A stretch of DNA of 64,000 nt from Planctomycetota bacterium (GTDB lineage: Bacteria > Planctomycetota > UBA1135 > UBA2386): contig OZ245006.1 of NCBI GenBank assembly GCA_965223545.1, forward strand, positions 6,240,001 through 6,304,000, in the 5' to 3' direction. The notes under the pieces were generated by a model, which was not told the origin of the DNA, searched no databases, and saw only the letters and a program-made list of their open reading frames with translations. Positions within the stretch are counted from its first letter, which is position 1; every line of letters begins with the position of its first letter. A program made the translations under genes and the position numbers. Of this stretch, positions 57,939 to 64,000 are shown piece by piece.

Positions 57939-58811
57939 CTACCGCCTCGCGTCCATGGAGGGGGGCACCTCCGCTGCTGTCAGCCGTGCCATGCTGTCGG
58001 CGCGCGCAGCGCTGAGGGCGTGCTCGATGGCTGCGACCCGCGCCGCGTCGCGGCCGCGGGAGACCACGACCTCCGCGTCGCGCGTCAGCAGCTCGGCGCG
58101 AAACACGGCCTGTGTTGGAACCGGTTCGAGAGTGAACCCGTGCGTCGCGTTCAGGTGGCGGATCAGCTCCGGTCCGCGCGCCAGCACGTCCTCGAGGGCC
58201 AACAGCAGGCTGCGCGCCGGCCGCCGGCGCGCGTGCTCGACCAGGCGTTCGTTGTACAAACACCAGGCGTGCAGACTGGTGCGCCGCGCCCAGCTGGAGC
58301 CGGGGCGGTAGCGCCACCGGCGCAAGGCGGCCCGCGCACTCGACTCATCCGGCCGGGGCCGGGCGCCGCGCCGCCGGATCGAATCCACCACGGCTGCTGC
58401 CGGGCGGTATACGCCGAGCATGACCAGCGATGGGCAGGCCTGGCGCCACAGGTCCAAGAACAGCGCACTGCGGGGGTCTTTGAAGCCCCACTGGCGCTCG
58501 CCGCGGCGCTCGATCAGCGCGCGTGCCGCAGCGATGCGTTCCGGGTCGGAGCGTCGGCCGAGCGCCTCGGGCAAGCGGCGCAGACCGCGTCCGCGCAGGC
58601 CGCCGCTCGACAGACCCGCGTCGGCGAGCAGTGCGCGGTGCAGGCCCACCGCCTCGTCGTCCTCGAACAGACCCGGCTCGTTGCCGATCGTGGCCCCGAG
58701 CAGGGCGTTGCCGAGATGCAGGCCGCAGGCGTGCAACCAGCTCGCGGTGAGCGACGTGCCCGAGCGGTGCATGCCGGCGATCAGCAGCGGAGGTGGAACG
58801 GTGCGGCTCAT
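57939..58811 (-). CDS. Sulfotransferase family protein
   Basis: IAGMHRSGTS (5'-PAPS loop), NEPG.FED, WGFKDPR, YRP..AVVDS..RR. Confidence 0.88.
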   Translation of the reverse strand: MSRTVPPPLLIAGMHRSGTSLTASWLHACGLHLGNALLGATIGNEPGLFEDDEAVGLHRALLADAGLSSGGLRGRGLRRLPEALGRRSDPERIAAARALIERRGERQWGFKDPRSALFLDLWRQACPSLVMLGVYRPAAAVVDSIRRRGARPRPDESSARAALRRWRYRPGSSWARRTSLHAWCLYNERLVEHARRRPARSLLLALEDVLARGPELIRHLNATHGFTLEPVPTQAVFRAELLTRDAEVVVSRGRDAARVAAIEHALSAARADSMARLTAAEVPPSMDARR

Positions 58812-58836
58812 CGCGCCCGAGAACGTGGCTGGCGGC

Positions 58837-59913
58837 TTACCGCGTATCGAGAGGGTCGACGAAGAAGTTGACCTGCAGCCTGAGCACCGCGGCGATCAGC
58901 GACCGCGTCCAGGAGCCGGTGGTGTGATCGACCGAGATCACGTCGCCCGGGCGGATCTCCAGCTGGCTGGCGCGGTCGGCTGGCCGGCCGGAGATACCGA
59001 ACGTGGCGGCGACGATCTCGCCGTCCTCCGCCTTGCGAAACACCGTGGCGTAGGGCGGGTCGGCGATGCGGTCGACGCCGCCGGCGACCGCGAGTGCTTG
59101 CATCAGGTTGTAGCTGCCTCCCGGTGGATACTCGTAGGCGCCGGGCTTGGCGACCAGCCCGACGACGGTGAACAGCTCGGGCTCCCAGCGCTCGACCTCG
59201 ATGGTCTCGCCGCCGCGCAGCGCCACGTCGGCATACGGAACATTGAGGCCGACGACCGGCAGAGCGAGTGCCGTCGGCCGGTCTTCCCCGGGCCGGCGGA
59301 TGCGGATGGTGCGCGCGCCGACCTCGAGATTGCTCGCGCGCAGAATGCCCCCGGCTTCGGTCAGTGCGCCGTAGAGACTCATCCGGTCCGACGGCAGGGC
59401 GTGCACTCCGGGCTGTTCGACAGCGCCGAGGACGGCGACCTTGACGGTGTGGTGCTCGCGCACTTCGACGACGATCGCCGGTCGTTGCGCCAGCAGCCGG
59501 GGGTAGAGCGCGGCCGCGATCGTCGCCTCGATCTGCAGCAAGGGCATGCCGCGGGGTGCCTCTTCGCCGGTGCTCTCCTCGCGATCGCTCTCGAGGACGG
59601 AGATGTCGCCGGCGAGCGGCAGCTGGATGGTCCAGTCGTCGCGGACGCGGGTCAGCAGCTCGCCGCCATCGCCGGCGAGCAGCTCGCCCGCACCGCGCAC
59701 CCGCAGTAGGTCGCCGGGCACCACCCGGTACGGGCCCGGCGTCGGCAGCCCGGCCAGCAAGCGGTCGCGGTCGAGCGCCGGCTCGATGGGGCCCGCGGCG
59801 ACGAACGCCTGGTAGTCGGCGTCGGTCGGCCAGTACGTCGTGCCGATGCCGCAGCCGGTCGTCGCCAACAGACACCACAGGCCGGCGGCTGCCGTTGGGC
59901 GACCGCGCCTCAC
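58837..59913 (-). CDS. Polysaccharide export lipoprotein (Wza/SLBB)
   Basis: LATTGC lipobox, YRVVPGDLL.V, V.VLGAVEQPG, VGLVAKPG.Y, IRPGDVI.V. Confidence 0.87.
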   Translation of the reverse strand: MRRGRPTAAAGLWCLLATTGCGIGTTYWPTDADYQAFVAAGPIEPALDRDRLLAGLPTPGPYRVVPGDLLRVRGAGELLAGDGGELLTRVRDDWTIQLPLAGDISVLESDREESTGEEAPRGMPLLQIEATIAAALYPRLLAQRPAIVVEVREHHTVKVAVLGAVEQPGVHALPSDRMSLYGALTEAGGILRASNLEVGARTIRIRRPGEDRPTALALPVVGLNVPYADVALRGGETIEVERWEPELFTVVGLVAKPGAYEYPPGGSYNLMQALAVAGGVDRIADPPYATVFRKAEDGEIVAATFGISGRPADRASQLEIRPGDVISVDHTTGSWTRSLIAAVLRLQVNFFVDPLDTR

Positions 59914-62117
59914 GACACGTCGCTCCGGGGCCGGCGCCGGCGGGCCACGGGATCGGACGTCGACAGCGTCGAAGCCGCCGGGGTGCCCGGTGCTTTGGCG
60001 CGCTGGTCGTCGCCGCCACTCCTGCCGTAGCCGTAGCCCGCTCCGTAGCCGTAGCCGATGCCGCGCGGCATGCCGTTGAGCGCGATGCCCAGCAGGCGCA
60101 CGTCGGTCTCGAGCAGCGCGTCGCGGGCCGCCGCGGCGCGCTTCACCGTCGTCTTGTCGACCCGCACCACAAGCACCGCGCTGGCGCAGCGCGCGGCGAT
60201 GATGCGTGCGTCGGCGACCGGCAGGATCGGTGGCGAGTCGACGATGACCCGGTCGTAGCGCTCGGCCGCGGTGCGCAGCAGCTGAGCGAACCGGGGGCTG
60301 TCGAGCAGCTCCGCCGGGTCGGGCGGGATCGGGCCGGCGGCCAGCACGTCGAGCCGGTCGATCCCACTGCGCTGCACCGCGGTTTGCAAGTCACCGTCGT
60401 CGCGCAGCAGCGTGGACAGGCCGTCCTCGCCCGCCAGCCGAAAGCGCGCGGCCTGGCGCGGCCGGCGCATGTCGGCGTCGATCAGCAGGGTGCGCTGCCC
60501 GGCCTTGGCCATCGCGATCGCGATGTCGCCGGCGATCGTGGTCTTGCCGTCGCCGGTGTCCGGCGAGGTGATCTGCGTGACGCGGGCCTCGCCATCGGGC
60601 GAGGCGAAGTAGATCGCCGTGCGCAGCGAGCGGGCCGCTTCGGCGGACGCGGCGTGCTGGCCCCACGCTTCGACGGCCGACTCGCCGCCGCTGCCGCGTG
60701 GCCGGCGCGGCAGGATCGCCAGCACGGACAGGCCGAGGGCGCCGCGCAGCTCCTCGGCGCTGCGGATGCGTTGGTCGAGCATGCCGCGGAGCCAGGCCAG
60801 GCCGGTGCCGGCGAGCAGGCCGAGCAGGACCGCGATCGCCAGCCGCGTCGCCTTGCTCGAAGCGACCTCGGCGGTGCGCGGTTCGGCGTAGTCGAGCACG
60901 TGGACGATGCCGGCCCCGCTGTCGTCGCCGTCGCCGACGCGCAGGGCGGCGAGCTGGGTGTAGACCGCGTCGAGGGCCTTCTCGGCGCGGAGCACGTCGC
61001 CGCTCAGCTGGTCGTAGCGCGCGTAGACCGCGCCCAGCGCGTTGACGCGTTCCTCGCGCGCGGCGACGGCCTCGGCGAGCTGCCGGTGCTTGTTGTCGGC
61101 GGCCAGGTGGGCCTGGCGCAGCCCCTCGACGAAGGCCTCGGCGAACAGCGCGTCCTGTCGGGTCAGCTCGGCGCGCAGCTCACCGATGGCGACGTCGAGG
61201 TTGACGACTCGCGGGTGCTCCGCCGACAGCTGCACCACCAGGTCGGCCCGCTCGCGTTGGAGCTGGATCACTTGCTGCACGATGGCGGTGACGCTGGGTG
61301 GCCACAGGTTTTGGAATCCGCCGTGCTCCAGCAACGTGGGCAGGACCTGGCGCAACACGGTGGGGTCGGCCTTCAGCGATTGTGCGGTCTGCCACGCCGC
61401 CGCGGTCTTGCGCAGCTCGTTCTCCGCATCCACCAGCTCGGCCGACAGCTTGCGCCAGGTTTCGGCCAAGACCGAGAGGCCGCCGACCTCGTCGCCGACC
61501 TCGGGGTGCTCGGCGCGGTAGTTGGCGCGCGCCAAGGTCGCCTGCTCGAGCTCGGTGCGGCGTCGCTCTTCCTCGGCGGTCAGCGCGGTGCGCAGCTCTT
61601 CCGCGCTGCCGCGTTGCATCTTGGTCTGGAAGGCTTCGAAGGCGGCGACGATCTCGTTGACCACGGCGCACGCTTCGTGTTTGTGCGCCGAGTCGAGCCC
61701 CAGGCTGATCACGTCGTCGTCGCTGCCGACGCGGACGTCGAGCTCCTTCTTCAGCCACGCGATCTCGTTGGTGCCGGGCTCGAACAAATCGGGTCGCGGA
61801 TGCGCGCCGCGGAACTCCTGCAGCGCTTCGACCAGGACCTCGGTCGACACCAGCAGCTCGGCCTGGGTGTTGGCGTAGTTCTTGGCGCCGAGGCCGAACA
61901 GGGCTTCCATGCCCGGCACCGCGCCCCGCGCGCTCTGCACGAACAGCCGGGACTGCGCGCGCCAGATCGTGCCCTGGCGTTGCACGAAGAGGAACCCGCA
62001 CAGCGTCGCCAGCGCGGTGCAGGCGGCGATCCACCAGCGGCCGCGCCAGAAGATCGATCCCACCTGGGCGAGCGACAGCTCGGCGCCGTCGGCGGGGGTT
62101 TGGTCGGGGGCGCTCAC
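59910..62117 (-). CDS. Wzc-like chain-length regulator / BY tyrosine kinase
   Basis: Two TM segments, coiled coils, TSP..GDGKTT, LIDADMRRP, IVDSPP, Tyr-rich tail GYGYGAGYGYG. Confidence 0.92.
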   Translation of the reverse strand: MSAPDQTPADGAELSLAQVGSIFWRGRWWIAACTALATLCGFLFVQRQGTIWRAQSRLFVQSARGAVPGMEALFGLGAKNYANTQAELLVSTEVLVEALQEFRGAHPRPDLFEPGTNEIAWLKKELDVRVGSDDDVISLGLDSAHKHEACAVVNEIVAAFEAFQTKMQRGSAEELRTALTAEEERRRTELEQATLARANYRAEHPEVGDEVGGLSVLAETWRKLSAELVDAENELRKTAAAWQTAQSLKADPTVLRQVLPTLLEHGGFQNLWPPSVTAIVQQVIQLQRERADLVVQLSAEHPRVVNLDVAIGELRAELTRQDALFAEAFVEGLRQAHLAADNKHRQLAEAVAAREERVNALGAVYARYDQLSGDVLRAEKALDAVYTQLAALRVGDGDDSGAGIVHVLDYAEPRTAEVASSKATRLAIAVLLGLLAGTGLAWLRGMLDQRIRSAEELRGALGLSVLAILPRRPRGSGGESAVEAWGQHAASAEAARSLRTAIYFASPDGEARVTQITSPDTGDGKTTIAGDIAIAMAKAGQRTLLIDADMRRPRQAARFRLAGEDGLSTLLRDDGDLQTAVQRSGIDRLDVLAAGPIPPDPAELLDSPRFAQLLRTAAERYDRVIVDSPPILPVADARIIAARCASAVLVVRVDKTTVKRAAAARDALLETDVRLLGIALNGMPRGIGYGYGAGYGYGRSGGDDQRAKAPGTPAASTLSTSDPVARRRRPRSDVS

Positions 62118-62156
62118 GATGGCGGGTGGCTGGAAGCGCCCGGTCCTCTTTGGAAC

Positions 62157-62912
62157 TCAGCCGGCGGCGACGACGGCGATGTTGTCCTGCCCGCCCGGGT
62201 GGTTGTCGACACCGGCCAGGGCGAGCTCGGTGAGGGCTCGAGCGAAGGAGGAAGCGGTCGGGTGGCGGTCGAACACCCCGCTGACATGGGCCGGTCCGAT
62301 CGACAGCTCGGGTCGGCGATAGCAGCAGGCGTCGATTCCGTCACTGAATCCTACAACCAGATCGCCCGGCTCGGCGACGAACTCGAACTCGGCGCCGCGC
62401 CCCGGAGCGAGCGACTCGGCCAGCCGCGGACTGACCCACGCGCTGTTCTTGGTGTTGAGCTGGAGCGGCCGCGCGGCGCGGCGCAGCAGGACCATCGACG
62501 CGTCGCCGTAGGAGATGCCAAAGCCCGCGCCGTCGGCGCGATGCCACACCGCGACGGCCAGGGCAGTGCGCGAGTGCTCGTCGGCCGCTTCGTCCTCGGT
62601 GCAGGCGGCGAGCTGGGCGACGAGCTCGAGCGGGGTCGCGGCGATGCCGACCGGCGGGCGCGCCAAGGCGGTGAGCAGGGCGTGGCTGGCGTAGTGGCCG
62701 TGGTGTCCATCGGCGACCGCCAGCAGCGTGCGCTGTCGGTCTTCGATCAGCAGGGCCGCGTCTTCGTTGGGGATCGCCGGGTCGCCCTTGTGGCGCAGGC
62801 CCGGGCTCTGGCGATCGCCTCCGACGCTGAGTGCGCAGGCCGCCCGGCCCTGGCGCAGCGCGCGCAGCTCGTACTCGCCGTACGCGTGGTGGTCGCGCCC
62901 CAAGAGCAGCAC
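62157..62912 (-). CDS. PP2C/SpoIIE-like protein phosphatase
   Basis: NEDA, LAVADGH, GDAS, FSDGI, QDNIAVV. Confidence 0.82.
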   Translation of the reverse strand: MLLLGRDHHAYGEYELRALRQGRAACALSVGGDRQSPGLRHKGDPAIPNEDAALLIEDRQRTLLAVADGHHGHYASHALLTALARPPVGIAATPLELVAQLAACTEDEAADEHSRTALAVAVWHRADGAGFGISYGDASMVLLRRAARPLQLNTKNSAWVSPRLAESLAPGRGAEFEFVAEPGDLVVGFSDGIDACCYRRPELSIGPAHVSGVFDRHPTASSFARALTELALAGVDNHPGGQDNIAVVAAG

Positions 62913-62958
62913 GACTTCGCGGTCGGCACCGCCGGCGTCCCCGCTCAGGGTTGGCCGC

Positions 62959-63237
62959 TCAGGGTTGGAACGGGGACAGCGGACGCGGATCGAGCGACAG
63001 CGTGAGTGCGTCGACTGCGCGCGTGGACGGCTGCGCCGTGCGGCGGCCGCGGCGTTGTCCGCGATCGCGCACCGGCTCTTGCCCGATGACCAGCTCCCAG
63101 GCCGACGGCGACAGCTGTTGCTCGGGCGTGGCCTGGCCGGCGCGTGCCTCGTGTTGCGTCGAGACCGCGATCGCCACCACGAGCGCGGCTCCGCCGATCC
63201 ACCACTTCTTGTCGCTTCGCTGCATCATCGTGCTCAT
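62959..63237 (-). CDS. Small hypothetical membrane/exported protein
   Basis: KKWWIGGAALVVAIAVS hydrophobic segment; TAGCAT -10-like box upstream. Confidence 0.45.
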   Translation of the reverse strand: MSTMMQRSDKKWWIGGAALVVAIAVSTQHEARAGQATPEQQLSPSAWELVIGQEPVRDRGQRRGRRTAQPSTRAVDALTLSLDPRPLSPFQP

Positions 63238-63486
63238 CCGGTCCGAAGACCCGGGACGTGTGCCGCCATGCTAGCGGGTCGCCCCGCCTTGCCAAGATGC
63301 TCTGCACCGTCCGCGCCCCGGCGGGTGGCGCCGCGCCGCGCAGTCCGACCCCAGGGGTTTCCCTGGGCCTAGCGGCGACGCGCCGGTGCCAAGGGAGGCT
63401 CCGCGGTGGGGTAGGCTCCTTCCTCGAGAGCGTGACGCGGCTGCGCGCTCGCTCGACCCGGCCTCGAATTGTCGCCGCCACCGCCC

Positions 63487-64000
63487 ATGGTCCCCGCCCG
63501 TCCCGTCGACGCCGTCTGCCGCTGGCTGATCGCCGCCACGCTGGCGGGAGTCACGCTGGCGTTCGGCGGCGTCGTCGCCGAGGCGCACGTGGTGCTGTTG
63601 GCGGTGGCTGCAGCGCTGCTGGGTTGCGTCGCGATGCGCTGTGTGCGCTACCCCGAAGACGGGGTGGTGGGTCACTGGGCGCTGTTGCCGGGCGCTGCGT
63701 TCGTCGGTCTCGTCGCACTGCAGACCTGGGCGCTGCCCGACGGGTGGCTCGCCGCGCTGGCACCGATGGCGGCCTCGTTCTGGCAGGAGGCCGGCGCCGT
63801 GGTCTCGCCGGCTGCGGTGGACCGTCCTTCGGTGTCGCTCTACCCGCACGCGACGGCGGTCGACCTGCGGCTGTTGTGCGCCGGCTTCGCCTTCTGGATC
63901 GCCGCGATGCAGCTGGCCCGGATCCCGGGAGCGGCGGCGTGGCTGCTCGCGGCGGTCGCGTCGATCGGCGCCGGCGCCGCCGCGATGGCCGTATTGCAGG
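63487..64000 (+). CDS. O-antigen ligase family membrane protein, N-terminal part (runs off the window edge)
   Basis: Own translation: MVPARPVDAVCRWLIAATLAGVTLAFGGV...ALQTWALPDGWLAALAP...SVSLYPHAT..DL; open to the window end. Confidence 0.75.
   Translation, partial: MVPARPVDAVCRWLIAATLAGVTLAFGGVVAEAHVVLLAVAAALLGCVAMRCVRYPEDGVVGHWALLPGAAFVGLVALQTWALPDGWLAALAPMAASFWQEAGAVVSPAAVDRPSVSLYPHATAVDLRLLCAGFAFWIAAMQLARIPGAAAWLLAAVASIGAGAAAMAVLQ

Noticed and set aside
62941..62968. 14-bp tandem duplication CCGCTCAGGGTTGG x2 as a frameshift splitting one gene
   Set aside because: Removing one copy still leaves the TGA in frame for the upstream small ORF, so no fusion with the phosphatase is restored.
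59556..63005. 1149-aa plus-strand ORF, and similar long ORFs such as 43919..47011, 23544..26186 and 16595..18652
   Set aside because: Antisense shadows of well-supported genes, as expected in high-GC DNA.

Overview
A GC-rich, gene-dense bacterial chromosomal segment with about 53 CDS. I found no rRNA, tRNA, CRISPR array, transposase or integrase. The gene content points to a Planctomycetota genome (inference): CarboxypepD_reg-repeat protein, CotH/lamin-tail and FG-GAP secreted proteins, a sulfatase, and TlpA-TPR and pilin-like proteins. Housekeeping and stress genes include ku, htpG, speA, deaD, selO/ydiU, mobA, a Dus enzyme, a beta-oxidation trio and an M14 peptidase. The last 17 kb is a Wzx/Wzy-type exopolysaccharide locus with a sulfotransferase, kinase-like modifiers and a WecA-GT4 fusion. 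Highlights: (1) two apparently separate ORFs are one reading frame split by an in-frame UGA at 7184-7186, followed by a textbook bacterial SECIS-like hairpin, giving a likely secreted SelN-like selenoprotein; (2) directly downstream, an orphan sigma70-type promoter points into a highly structured ~200-nt non-coding region; (3) a modular family of ~90-bp palindromic repeats forms an A-B-A-B array at 15.85-16.25 kb, with dispersed and chimeric copies that supply stop codons; (4) a perfect 41-bp inverted repeat abuts an HNH gene; (5) three unrelated secreted proteins share a C-terminal domain, a candidate sorting signal; (6) a eukaryote-like Dus3 and several apparent pseudo-enzymes. All family assignments come from motif recognition by eye, not database searches.
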